Assembly (NCBI GenBank): GCA_964607575.1
Contig: CAZSLS010000006.1
Coordinates: 16,581 to 80,580, forward strand
Direction: 5' to 3'
Length of the DNA: 64,000 nt
Source: an uncultured Planctomycetaceae bacterium
Lineage (GTDB): Bacteria; Planctomycetota; Phycisphaerae; SM23-33
This document shows, one piece after another, positions 9,025 through 18,079 of this stretch (the first letter of the stretch is position 1; each line of letters opens with the position of its first letter). The position numbers and the translations under genes were made by a program. The notes below the pieces were generated by a model. It searched no databases. It was not told the origin of the DNA and saw nothing but the letters and a program-made list of their open reading frames with translations.

Positions 9025-11514
9025 ATGACGTGTCCCCGAAAAGTGTTGGCTGTGGTACTTATTTCGATTCTTTGTTTGCAGATTTCGGCGGTCCGGGCGG
9101 CGAATGTCGTCGGCGGGACACCTGAAGTTGTTCATGCCGACTGGAAAGCGCAATATCTCCAGACCAAGAACCAGATTGGAGGCAAGGGGCGGAATCGTTT
9201 TCCAGCCGAGCAGATCCTCAACGCACAGGCGACGATACTGGATACGGACAAGACCCCGCTGGACGTCGCCCTGCGTCGCATAGCGGCGGTTGTCAAGAAG
9301 CTCAAGGGGCTGAAAGGCGTTGGCGATCTGAGCGGGGCAGAAAAGACGATCGCCCAAATCAAGGCCGCCGCCTCCAAAGACGGCGCCGACGTGGAGGCGC
9401 TCTACATGACGTTGCGAGCGGCCGGTCGCAAGGCGATCCTGTCGAACCCGCTACTGAAAGCCGACGATCTGCTGTTTGTCTCACGCGGAGTTCTCAACGA
9501 CGCATCACGGCGGAAGTCCGAGTACGACGGCGATCATTTCTGCGATCAGTACTACGGGCACAACGGCAGGACCGGCGGGGGGCTGTTCATCCTGAAGAAC
9601 TACAAAACCGATGCTCCGAAGCTGGTGAACGTCGTGAAAGGCCTGAAGGTCCCCAGCGGTACGAACAAGGGCAAGCTGATGGAAGAAGGAGCGTTCATCT
9701 CGCCGGATCTTTCCTTTGACGGCAAGACGATACTCTTTTCCTGGAGCAGCGGCGTCAAGACGAAATGGAGCCCCGAAACCAGGTTCAGCGTCTTCAAGAT
9801 CGGCGTCGATGGCAAAGGGCTCACCCGCCTGACCGACGGTTGCTTCGACGATTTCGACCCATTCTGGCTGCCCAATGGTCGGATCGTTTTCATGTCGACG
9901 CGTAGATACGGGTTCGGTCGCTGCCACGGCCGCCCCGTCCCGGCGTTTACGATGTTCTCGATAAAGCCCGACGGAAGCGACATGTACAGCATCGACTTCC
10001 ACGAGACCAACGAGTTCCATCCCAGCGTCGACAATCGCGGTATGCTCGTCTACACGCGCTGGGACTACGTCGACCGCGACCACAACGGCGCCCACCATAT
10101 GTGGCATTGCTATCCGGACGGGCGGGACCCGCGGTCGTTCCACTCCAACTACGCGCTGCCCTTCAGCACGGTCGATCCTAAGGCGCCCAAGCCCCGCGGA
10201 ATTAACATGCGTCCATGGGCGGAATTCAACTGTCGTTCGATACCCGGGTCCAACAAGTACGTCGCCACCGCCGGACCGCATCACGGACAGGCGTTCGGTT
10301 CGCTCGTGCTGATCGACATCAGCGTCCCCGACGACAACAAAATGTCGCAGACCAAACGCATCACGCCGGACGTGAGGTTCCCCGAATCCGAAGGCGGCGT
10401 GCGCGGATTCGATAAGATGACGTATGGTACGGCATGGCCTCTGAGCGAGAGCTTCTACCTGTGCAACTACAAGGATACCGCCAGCCTGATCGACGAAATG
10501 GGCAACAGGGAAATCATCTGCAAGACCACCAACGGGCTGCGGATACTCGACCCGACGCCCGTTCGCGCCAGGAAGAAACCGCCGATTATCGCCACCCAGA
10601 CCTACCAGGGCGAAAGGCTGAAAGCAGACTCGCCGACCGCCACCATAAGCGTGATGAACGTCTACGTCACCGACGAATACGGGAAACTCCCCAAGGGTTC
10701 GAAGATCAAGCATATGCGTATCGTCCAGGTGCTTCCCAAGTCGACCCCGCGTGCCAACAACCCGAGGATCGGACGCGGCGATCAATCCCTGGCGAGAATC
10801 CCGCTGGGCGTGGTCCCGGTCGAGGCCGACGGAAGCGTTTCATGCGAGGCTCCGGTCGGAAAGGCGATCTACTTCCAACTGCTGGACGCAAACGGAATGG
10901 CCGTTCAGTCCATGCGGTCGGTCACGTACGTTCACCCCGGCGAGCGGTTGTCGTGCATCGGTTGTCACGAGGACAAGTGGGGCGCACCGCCGTCGGCCGC
11001 ACGCCCGCTTGCAATGCGACGGGCGCCTTCGGAACTCAAACCGGAGGTCAAGAATAACGTGATGTTCAGCTTCCATCGCAACGTCCGTCCGGTGTTCGAC
11101 GCCAAATGCGTCAAGTGCCACAAGTCCAAGAAGGACGCCGGTCCCACGAATATGTCGTTCGGCGCTCTGGGCAAGTACACGTTCTACTTCGGGCATGGAT
11201 ACCACAGGAACATGTCCGGCGGAACGCGCACGAAACCGGGTCAGTTCGGCGCGATGTTCTCGAAGATGGGCAAGGCGCTGATGAGCCCCGGGCATCTGAA
11301 AGCGATGAAGGCGGGCAAGTTCACCGCCGAGGACCGGCGGAGCGTCTTCATGTGGCTGGACATGAACTCCAACGAGTTCACCGCGTACCTGGACGTGGCC
11401 GCGCAGAGGGAGGGAAAGATAGTCTGGCCGAAGTACGACGTGGACCCGAAGAACTACACCGGTGTCGAGAAGCGCAGCGCGGTGGTCACGGCGACCCCCG
11501 CTTCGTCGCGATAG
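9025..11514 (+). CDS. secreted PD40 beta-propeller + two CXXCH motifs (propeller/CXXCH paralog 2 of 4)
   Basis: AGGAG lies 7 nt before ATG 9025. Signal peptide MTCPRKVLAVVLISILCLQISAVRA. Blocks FISPDLSFDGKTILF, WLPNGRIVFMSTR, HPSVDNRGMLVYTRWDYVDRD, VPVEADGS...LSCIGCHE, VRPVFDAKCVKCH. Confidence 0.75.
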   Translation: MTCPRKVLAVVLISILCLQISAVRAANVVGGTPEVVHADWKAQYLQTKNQIGGKGRNRFPAEQILNAQATILDTDKTPLDVALRRIAAVVKKLKGLKGVGDLSGAEKTIAQIKAAASKDGADVEALYMTLRAAGRKAILSNPLLKADDLLFVSRGVLNDASRRKSEYDGDHFCDQYYGHNGRTGGGLFILKNYKTDAPKLVNVVKGLKVPSGTNKGKLMEEGAFISPDLSFDGKTILFSWSSGVKTKWSPETRFSVFKIGVDGKGLTRLTDGCFDDFDPFWLPNGRIVFMSTRRYGFGRCHGRPVPAFTMFSIKPDGSDMYSIDFHETNEFHPSVDNRGMLVYTRWDYVDRDHNGAHHMWHCYPDGRDPRSFHSNYALPFSTVDPKAPKPRGINMRPWAEFNCRSIPGSNKYVATAGPHHGQAFGSLVLIDISVPDDNKMSQTKRITPDVRFPESEGGVRGFDKMTYGTAWPLSESFYLCNYKDTASLIDEMGNREIICKTTNGLRILDPTPVRARKKPPIIATQTYQGERLKADSPTATISVMNVYVTDEYGKLPKGSKIKHMRIVQVLPKSTPRANNPRIGRGDQSLARIPLGVVPVEADGSVSCEAPVGKAIYFQLLDANGMAVQSMRSVTYVHPGERLSCIGCHEDKWGAPPSAARPLAMRRAPSELKPEVKNNVMFSFHRNVRPVFDAKCVKCHKSKKDAGPTNMSFGALGKYTFYFGHGYHRNMSGGTRTKPGQFGAMFSKMGKALMSPGHLKAMKAGKFTAEDRRSVFMWLDMNSNEFTAYLDVAAQREGKIVWPKYDVDPKNYTGVEKRSAVVTATPASSR

Positions 11515-12520
11515 TTTTTACCGGTTGCGTGGTTGGGATTCTCCCGCCCAGAGCCTTGATGGATTTGGCGTAGAAGGCGGCTTGGTCTTTCAGGCCGGTT
11601 CTTGCGCAGAACGAATATAGTGCGGCGAATCGTTTTACCGGATCGATGCGGGTGGCCCAGCATACTTTGGCGAGGCATTCGGGTCCGAGTGCTATCGGGC
11701 GGCTGTCTGATTCTTCGCGGTGGTTCGCCCCGCACATGTTGCACTCGTATGCCGTGCAGTGATACATTGTGAACATGTGTCCGGTCTCGTGCGTGGCGGT
11801 CTTCAGCGTCCTCAGCAGGAACAGACGGAAGTCGGCGGGGGACTTGTCGGGCTCACCGTTGCGATTGACCGACCATACGCCCACACGCTTCCGCAGCGAA
11901 GCCTGCCCGAACACGAAATTCCATCCCTCGCCCGGCCAGAGGTCCGTGGCGGTGAAAGCGATGTAGGCGGCGGCGTCTTTCGGAAGGCGGGGGTAGAGCA
12001 CCTGGTCGAGCACGTAGGTGCTGAGTATCTGCTTTACGCGCCACCGTGGATGCACCCGCCGGGCCTTGGACGGTATTACCGAAAGCGGGAGGTCCTTGCG
12101 GATGACGACCTTCGTGTTGAAGTACAGGCCCATGAACTCCGCGGACAGCGCGACCGTTTTTCGCTGCGATTTTGTGAAGGCGCCCAGTGGCTGGACGTAG
12201 ATGATATTCCTGGTTCCGATAGGGCGGACGGGTCCCGATGCCAGGTACTGGGCGAAGGTCTGTCCCGGTTCGGTGTGGGTGTCCAGCCAGTCGCCGTGTC
12301 TGGGCTTGCGGATCTTCTTATGCAGCGGTTTGAGCTTCGCGATGGCGGTCTTGAGTTGTGCGGCGCGGGTCCGGTCGGCCGGTGTGGCGGCAAGGGAACT
12401 GCTCAATAAGAACTGTCGCACGCATGCGGTGGCGACCAGGATTACTCCCGTACCCAGAAGCATTGCCACGGCGCGGCGTCTGAGTCGCCGCCTGGGGCCC
12501 ACGTTGTCCTGCTGTTCCAT
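11486..12520 (-). CDS. membrane-anchored archaemetzincin-like zinc metallopeptidase (M54-like)
   Basis: HETGHMFTMYHCTAYECNMCG...ECLAKVC contains HExxH followed by Cys pairs, as in archaemetzincins. N-terminal TM segment AVAMLLGTGVILVATACV. Confidence 0.55.
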   Translation of the reverse strand: MEQQDNVGPRRRLRRRAVAMLLGTGVILVATACVRQFLLSSSLAATPADRTRAAQLKTAIAKLKPLHKKIRKPRHGDWLDTHTEPGQTFAQYLASGPVRPIGTRNIIYVQPLGAFTKSQRKTVALSAEFMGLYFNTKVVIRKDLPLSVIPSKARRVHPRWRVKQILSTYVLDQVLYPRLPKDAAAYIAFTATDLWPGEGWNFVFGQASLRKRVGVWSVNRNGEPDKSPADFRLFLLRTLKTATHETGHMFTMYHCTAYECNMCGANHREESDSRPIALGPECLAKVCWATRIDPVKRFAALYSFCARTGLKDQAAFYAKSIKALGGRIPTTQPVKTIATKRGSP

Positions 12521-12608
12521 TACTTGATTGTAGCAACGGACGAATCGTCAGGCAAAAAAAATGACTGGTAGTTGCCAGAACCCCGGCCGGTGCCTATCCT
12601 TGGGGCAT

Positions 12609-13727
12609 ATGGTTAGTAAGAACAACAGATTGAAGACGTGTGCATCCCGCAGGCGCCGGACCGCCAAACGGGCTGCGGGTCAGAAGGTTGACGCAATGTT
12701 GATCAGCAAGCCTGAAGATGTCAGCTACCTTTGCGGTTTCACCGGTGAAGACGCCACGCTGCTCGTCGCGGCGCGATGGGCGGTACTCATCACCGACGGG
12801 CGGTTTGGGCAGCAGGGCCCGCGCGAGTGTCCGGACATCGAGGTGGTCATCCGCAAGAAGGGAATGGCCGAGGCGATCAAGAACACACTCAAAGGACGCA
12901 AGATCCGTCGCCTTGGTGTGCAGGCAGGTTACCTTACTGCCGCCGCGGTCGATATCTTTGCGAAAGCCCTCGGGCAGCGCCGGGTTAAAACGCTTACCAA
13001 CATCGTAGCCCCGCTCAGGGCGAGCAAGGACGACAGCGAGGTCCGCCTGATCCGCAAAGCCGCCTCCGTCGCCCAGAAGGCGTTCTTGCGACTGACGTCT
13101 CGCGGACGGAAGGCATTTGTCGGTCGCAGCGAGCGTGAGGTCGCGGCTGAACTGGAATACCTTATGCGTCTGGAGGGCGCCGATGCGGCAGCCTTCGAGA
13201 CCATACTGGCCGCCGGTCCCCACGCATGCGACTGCCACTACAAGCCCGATTCAACGAAGATCCGCGCCGGTCAATCGGTCCTCATAGACTGGGGCGCCAG
13301 GGTCGGGGGTTATTGCAGCGACTTGACTCGGACCATATTCACGGGTAAAATCCCGCCGAAAATTGGTGAGATATACCCGATCGTTCGCGACGCCCAGACC
13401 GCGGGCATTAACGCCCTGCGGGCCGGTGTGTTGTTGAAATCGCCCGACGCCGCGGCGCGCAAGGTGATCGTTGACGCCGGATTCGGAGACAAATTCGTCC
13501 ACGGGCTAGGTCACGGACTTGGTCGGGAAGTACACGAGGCCCCGGGTTTGGGCGCCAAGGGACCGGGGCGCCTGCGAAGCGGTATGGTCGTGACGGTCGA
13601 ACCGGGAATATACCTGCCCGGAGTCGGTGGTGTGCGGATCGAAGACGACATTCTCGTCACCGCCGACGGACCAAAACGCCTGAGCACGCTGACCACAGAT
13701 ATCCGTGCGATGGTGCTCAAACGATAA
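12609..13727 (+). CDS. pepP: Xaa-Pro aminopeptidase (M24B)
   Basis: Creatinase-like N-domain (DAMLISKPEDVSYLCGF). Metal-ligand motifs HGLGHGLGREVHE and VEPGIYLPGVGGVRIEDD. The start is uncertain (12561 to 12609). Confidence 0.85.
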   Translation: MVSKNNRLKTCASRRRRTAKRAAGQKVDAMLISKPEDVSYLCGFTGEDATLLVAARWAVLITDGRFGQQGPRECPDIEVVIRKKGMAEAIKNTLKGRKIRRLGVQAGYLTAAAVDIFAKALGQRRVKTLTNIVAPLRASKDDSEVRLIRKAASVAQKAFLRLTSRGRKAFVGRSEREVAAELEYLMRLEGADAAAFETILAAGPHACDCHYKPDSTKIRAGQSVLIDWGARVGGYCSDLTRTIFTGKIPPKIGEIYPIVRDAQTAGINALRAGVLLKSPDAAARKVIVDAGFGDKFVHGLGHGLGREVHEAPGLGAKGPGRLRSGMVVTVEPGIYLPGVGGVRIEDDILVTADGPKRLSTLTTDIRAMVLKR

Positions 13728-13756
13728 CGCCTCGGCGTCAGTGACAGGAGTTGCTT

Positions 13757-14227
13757 ATGGACATCAAGGAAATCAAGCGGTTGGTCAAGCTCATGATCGA
13801 CAACGGCCTGACCGAGATGAATATCGTCGACGGAGACCAGAAAATATCTCTGAAGAAAGGCCCGCAGGGAAGAGTGGTTATGGACCCTGTGATCCTGCCC
13901 GCGCCCGCACCGACCATTGCGGCTTCCGCCCCGGTGGTCCCTAACGGAGCCGATCTCGCACCCGCTGTCGACGAGCCCGAAAGCACCCTGATTGAGATAA
14001 CCAGTCCCATGGTGGGCACCTTCTACAGCTCATCGAGCCCCGACACCGACGCATTCGTATCGCTGGGAGACCCTGTCGGAGACGACACGGTTGTCTGTAT
14101 CGTTGAAGCCATGAAAGTCATGAACGAGATCAAGGCCGAATGCCGCGGTAAGATCGCTGAAATATGCGTCAAGAACGCTCAACCGGTGGAATTCGGGCAG
14201 GTTCTCTTTCGCCTCATACCGGATTGA
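13757..14227 (+). CDS. accB: acetyl-CoA carboxylase biotin carboxyl carrier protein
   Basis: Biotinyl-lysine motif EAMKVMNEI and an Ala/Pro-rich linker. AGGAG lies 6 nt before ATG 13757. Located immediately upstream of accC. Confidence 0.9.
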   Translation: MDIKEIKRLVKLMIDNGLTEMNIVDGDQKISLKKGPQGRVVMDPVILPAPAPTIAASAPVVPNGADLAPAVDEPESTLIEITSPMVGTFYSSSSPDTDAFVSLGDPVGDDTVVCIVEAMKVMNEIKAECRGKIAEICVKNAQPVEFGQVLFRLIPD

Positions 14228-14248
14228 CGCCCACCAAGGAACCATTGA

Positions 14249-15595
14249 ATGTTTTCCCGTATCCTCATTGCCAATCGCGGTGAAGTGGCTTTGCGTATCA
14301 TCCGGGCCTGCAGAGAACTCGGTATCGAGTCGGTGGCGGTCTACTCCCAGGCCGACAGCAACGCCAGCTACCTCCACCTCGCCGACGAACGCGTGTGCAT
14401 AGGCAAGGCCCCCTCGGTCGACAGCTATCTCAATATCCCGCGAATTATCGCGGCGGCGGAAATAGCCGACGTCGAAGCGATACACCCCGGATACGGTTTT
14501 CTCGCCGAGAACGCCCATTTCGCCGAGGTCTGCCAGGACTGCAAGATCGAGTTCATCGGACCGAGCATCGACAGCATGAAACTGCTCGGCGACAAGATCC
14601 GCGCCAAGGCTCTCGCCAAAGAAGTGGGCGTTCCGATGGCGCCCGATTCTGACGGACCGGTCGAGACCGTCGAAGAGGCCCTGGCGGTAGCTGAGCGAAT
14701 CGGTTATCCCGTCGCCATCAAAGCCGCCGCCGGCGGCGGGGGGCGCGGAATACGCTTCGTCCACAATGCCGCAAGCCTCAAGAGCATGTACAGGCAGGCG
14801 CAGTCCGAGGCCGAAATCGCCTTCAAAGACGGTACGCTGTTCATGGAGAAGTGCATCGAGAACTTCCGCCATATCGAGGTCCAACTGCTCGGCGACCGCC
14901 ACGGTAACGTGGTACACCTCTACGAGCGCGACTGCTCGGTCCAGAGACGCCAGCAGAAGCTGATCGAAGAAACTCCCGCACCGGGGCTGGACCCGGAACT
15001 CCGAGAACAAATATGCGATGCGGCGGTCCGGCTGGCCAGGGCGTGCGATTATTACAGCGCGGGCACGGTCGAGTTCATGCTCGACGAGGACAACAACTTC
15101 TACTTCCTCGAGGTCAACACGCGGATACAGGTAGAACATCCGATTACCGAAATGGTCACCGGGATAGACCTGGTGAAGTGGCAGTTGCGGATCGCCGACG
15201 GCGAGAAGTTGCCCTTTGCCCAGGACGACATAACCTCCCAGGGCCACGCCATCGAATGCCGCATCAACGCCGAAGATCCCGCAAATAACTTCCGGCCGTC
15301 CCCCGGCGAGGTCCGCGCATTTGTCGCTCCGGGCGGATTTGGCGTTCGCTGGGACTCTCACGTCTACCAGGGATACAATATCCCGCCGACCTACGATTCG
15401 CTGGTGGGCAAGCTGATCGTCCACAAACCGACGCGCGCCGAAGCCATCGCCACGACCAAGAGGGCACTCGATGAGTTTGTGATAGAGCCTACAAGAACAA
15501 CTATCCCGCTCTGCCGCCGGATCATGTCCGAGCAGAGATTCGTCGCCGCCCAATGGGATACGAAATACGTTGAACGCGAAATGATGGACGATTAG
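14249..15595 (+). CDS. accC: acetyl-CoA carboxylase biotin carboxylase subunit
   Basis: [29 protein letters not shown]-grasp [22 protein letters not shown]. About 448 aa. Confidence 0.95.
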   Translation: MFSRILIANRGEVALRIIRACRELGIESVAVYSQADSNASYLHLADERVCIGKAPSVDSYLNIPRIIAAAEIADVEAIHPGYGFLAENAHFAEVCQDCKIEFIGPSIDSMKLLGDKIRAKALAKEVGVPMAPDSDGPVETVEEALAVAERIGYPVAIKAAAGGGGRGIRFVHNAASLKSMYRQAQSEAEIAFKDGTLFMEKCIENFRHIEVQLLGDRHGNVVHLYERDCSVQRRQQKLIEETPAPGLDPELREQICDAAVRLARACDYYSAGTVEFMLDEDNNFYFLEVNTRIQVEHPITEMVTGIDLVKWQLRIADGEKLPFAQDDITSQGHAIECRINAEDPANNFRPSPGEVRAFVAPGGFGVRWDSHVYQGYNIPPTYDSLVGKLIVHKPTRAEAIATTKRALDEFVIEPTRTTIPLCRRIMSEQRFVAAQWDTKYVEREMMDD

Positions 15596-15627
15596 CCCGA
15601 CCGATGCGCCCCTGAAGGGAGATACGC

Positions 15628-16950
15628 GTGCTCAGTCCTGAAAACGTCAAGGTCAAGTCGCTTGGCGCATGCCGGATCCCTTCACCCATGGGTCTGTCGA
15701 CTGTTATCGGCGACGGTATAGTGAACTACGTGCCCGACAACGCTCGAATGCCCGCGATGGTCGAATTGTCGAGCGAGGTCTCGGACGCCGCGGGGGTGTT
15801 CTTCGAAAAAGCGGGCCCGCGCCAGAATATCTACTTCGATCCGGAAGGAACTTCCGCGGCGATAGTGACCTGCGGCGGATTGTGTCCCGGGCTCAACAAC
15901 GTGATCCGATCGCTCGTCCTCCAGTTGCACTACCATTACGGCGTGAAGAACATACTCGGTATCCGTTTCGGGTATTCGGGTCTCGATCCGGACTCGGGCA
16001 GGGAACCGATAGCGCTGACCCCCGAGTTCGTCGAGGATATCCACAAGGACGGCGGGACCGTGCTGGGCAGTTCGCGCGGTCCGGTGGCGACCGACCGGGC
16101 GGTGAACTTCCTCAGGCAGCGCGGCGTCAATATCCTGTTCTGCATCGGGGGCGACGGTACGCAGCGAGGCGCTCAACGCCTCTCCGAAGAGGCCGAGCGA
16201 CAGGAATATCCGCTGGCTGTGATCGGGATCCCAAAGACCATAGACAACGATATCCAATACGTGCAGCAGACGTTCGGATACTACACCGCCATCGACAAGG
16301 CCAGAGAGGTCATCGACTGCGCACACAATGAGGCCCGCAGTGCTCTGGGCGGGATCGCGGTGGTCAAACTCATGGGACGCGACGCGGGATTCATCGCCGC
16401 CGGAGCCACCGTCGCCAGCCAGGATGTGAATCTCACCCTCGTGCCCGAACTGCACTTCGATCTCGACGGGCCCGGAGGCGTGTTCGATCTGCTCGAAAAG
16501 CGGATTACGGGGCGAGGGCACGCTGTTGTAGTGGTCGCCGAAGGCGCCGGACAGCATCTGCTGCCCAGGAATGAGGACAACCGCGACGCGTCGGGCAATG
16601 TCCTGCTCGAGGATATCGGGGTCTTTCTTACCGGCGAAATCAAAGCCCATTTCAAGGACAGGGACGTTTGCGCGACGGTCAAGTACATCGATCCAAGCTA
16701 CATTATCAGGAGCATTCCCGCCAACTGTGAGGATGCACTCCTCTGCGACCAGATGGCTCGTAACGCGGTACATGCAGGGATGGCGGGCAGGACGGGGATG
16801 CTGATCGGATACTGGTACGATGTGTTCACCCACGTACCGATCTCGCTCGTCACCAGCCGGAAGAAGCAGATGTCTCCCGAGAGCGACCTTTGGCGAAGCG
16901 TACTGGCCGCCACCGGACAACCGGTGCATATCGGGCGCCGAAACGCCTGA
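15628..16950 (+). CDS. pfkA: 6-phosphofructokinase, probably ATP-dependent type
   Basis: TCGGLCPGLNNVIR, IGGDGTQRGA, PKTIDNDI. A GGDG (not GGDD) motif is usually associated with ATP rather than PPi use. GTG start preceded by GGGAGA. Confidence 0.85.
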   Translation: MLSPENVKVKSLGACRIPSPMGLSTVIGDGIVNYVPDNARMPAMVELSSEVSDAAGVFFEKAGPRQNIYFDPEGTSAAIVTCGGLCPGLNNVIRSLVLQLHYHYGVKNILGIRFGYSGLDPDSGREPIALTPEFVEDIHKDGGTVLGSSRGPVATDRAVNFLRQRGVNILFCIGGDGTQRGAQRLSEEAERQEYPLAVIGIPKTIDNDIQYVQQTFGYYTAIDKAREVIDCAHNEARSALGGIAVVKLMGRDAGFIAAGATVASQDVNLTLVPELHFDLDGPGGVFDLLEKRITGRGHAVVVVAEGAGQHLLPRNEDNRDASGNVLLEDIGVFLTGEIKAHFKDRDVCATVKYIDPSYIIRSIPANCEDALLCDQMARNAVHAGMAGRTGMLIGYWYDVFTHVPISLVTSRKKQMSPESDLWRSVLAATGQPVHIGRRNA

Positions 16951-17034
16951 TAATGCAGGGAACAGAAAAAGGGGTCAGGGAAAGCGCCGGGATAAACCGG
17001 CTTGGGATAAGGAATGAAATTAAAGAGCCCTGAC

Positions 17035-17053
17035 CTGCTCTGTAGAAAAGCTC
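17035..17053. repeat. IS left inverted repeat core
   Basis: ctgctctgtagaaaagctc is the exact reverse complement of 18017-18035. Confidence 0.9.
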
Positions 17054-17120
17054 AATATTCTCCAATATTTTGTTCAATAAAGACTTGCGCGATTGGACTT
17101 CGTCGGGTAGACAATGAAGG

Positions 17121-17474
17121 ATGAGCACTACCAGCAAGTCGCCACGGAAGGTCGCGCTGGTCGCATTGGCGGTCGCCGAACAAACCCTGCCGCCTTACAG
17201 CCATCGATTCAGCCCAAGGACCTTCACCCAACCGCAACTGTTCGTCTGCCTGGCGATCAAGACGTTTTTCAGAACCGATTACCGGGGCGTCACGGCCATC
17301 CTGGCTGACATGCCCGATCTGTGCACGGCCATCGGTCTTCTGAAAGTTCCGCATTTCACCACGCTGCAAAAAGCGGCTTGCCGGTTGATGGCTTCAGCCG
17401 TTCCAAGAAGCTCTTGGAAGGGACCATTCGCCAGGCGTTGGGCGAACAACCGCGGGTCGAATTGGCGGCCGTAG
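17121..17474 (+). CDS. transposase N-terminal part (orfA frame)
   Basis: YSHRFSPRTFTQPQLFVCLAIKTFFRTDYRGVTAILADMPDLCTAIGLLKVPHFTTLQKAACRL resembles the N-terminus of IS4/IS5-type transposases. The frame ends in non-homologous residues after about 17400. Confidence 0.6.
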   Translation: MSTTSKSPRKVALVALAVAEQTLPPYSHRFSPRTFTQPQLFVCLAIKTFFRTDYRGVTAILADMPDLCTAIGLLKVPHFTTLQKAACRLMASAVPRSSWKGPFARRWANNRGSNWRP

Positions 17475-18079
17475 ACTCCACCGGAATGGAATCCCGTCAC
17501 ATCAGCCGATACTTTGTCCGCCGCCGATCACGCTTGGCAACCCTTTGGCAAACAACTTATTACACAAAGTATCCTAAGCTCGGAGTTGTCTGCGATTGCC
17601 AAAGCCACATTATCCTCTCAACGCTTCGCAAGCGGGGGCCGACGCCCGACATTAACCAACTTCGCCAGACGCTCCGTCCAGCCGTTGGTCGAGCTCAAAT
17701 CAAGACATTGCTGGCCGACGCCGGATATGACTCCGAAGCAAATCACACGTTCACACGAGAGCAACTTGGAATTGAAACGATCATCCCTCCCCGTCATGGG
17801 CGTCCCAGCATCCGCCCGCCAACGGGCAAATATCGCAGATTGATGCGAGAAGAACTTGACACCGAACGCTACGGCCAGCGTTGGCAAGTCGAGACGGTGT
17901 TCTCAATGATCAAACGTAACCTGGGCAGCGCCCTGCACGGGCGAAGCTACTGGTCGCAGTGCAGAGAATTGATGCTTCTTGCGATCACACACAATATAAT
18001 GATCATTATGCTTGTGGAGCTTTTCTACAGAGCAGTCCTGCCCCCTTTTTCTGGAGCCGTAAAGGAATACGATCCATGA
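17321..18079 (+). CDS. transposase catalytic part (orfB frame, -1 relative to orfA)
   Basis: DDE residues in AVDSTG and LLADAGYDSE, plus YGQRWQVETVFSMIKRNLG (Y-2-R-3-E-6-K). The ORF runs through the right IR and stops at the TGA overlapping the next gene's ATG. The homologous part probably begins near 17400. Confidence 0.7.
   Translation: MHGHRSSESSAFHHAAKSGLPVDGFSRSKKLLEGTIRQALGEQPRVELAAVDSTGMESRHISRYFVRRRSRLATLWQTTYYTKYPKLGVVCDCQSHIILSTLRKRGPTPDINQLRQTLRPAVGRAQIKTLLADAGYDSEANHTFTREQLGIETIIPPRHGRPSIRPPTGKYRRLMREELDTERYGQRWQVETVFSMIKRNLGSALHGRSYWSQCRELMLLAITHNIMIIMLVELFYRAVLPPFSGAVKEYDP
18017..18035. repeat. IS right inverted repeat core
   Basis: gagcttttctacagagcag is the exact reverse complement of 17035-17053. 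Confidence 0.9.

Larger units (their letters stand above)
16973..18052 (+). mobile_element. IS4/IS5-type insertion sequence (about 1.0-1.1 kb) with a split DDE transposase
   Basis: Perfect 19-bp terminal inverted repeat (17035-17053 / 18017-18035), plus an outer imperfect IR (cagaaaaagggg.cagg at 16973-16990 versus 18036-18052). The DDE transposase carries Y(2)R(3)E(6)K. Exact ends are uncertain and no target duplication was recognised. Confidence 0.7.

Noticed and set aside
12572-12600. TTGCCA-17-TATCCT promoter that would make pepP nearly leaderless from ATG 12609
   Set aside because: The motif match is moderate and the true pepP start (12561 to 12609) is unresolved. Left unannotated.
14030-15553. 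507-aa ORF antisense to accC. Similar long antisense or out-of-frame ORFs occur at 1706-2578, 5026-5889, 7057-8391, 9505-10785, 15682-16929, 24265-26016, 26083-27867, 32608-33819, 33798-34811, 35666-36718, 42657-43649 and 48160-49542.
   Set aside because: These are typical shadow ORFs of high-GC DNA. They have Arg/Gly/Pro-rich low-complexity translations and no motifs. Each lies opposite a gene with strong family signatures.
17367-17373. CAAAAAG as a programmed -1 frameshift site joining transposase orfA and orfB
   Set aside because: This is not excluded. However, the residue-level continuity (orfA still looks homologous through ...CRLMASAV, and orfB becomes homologous only from ...SKKLLEGTIRQ) places the frame switch near 17395-17412, where no slippery motif exists. 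A 1-nt indel is the simpler reading.
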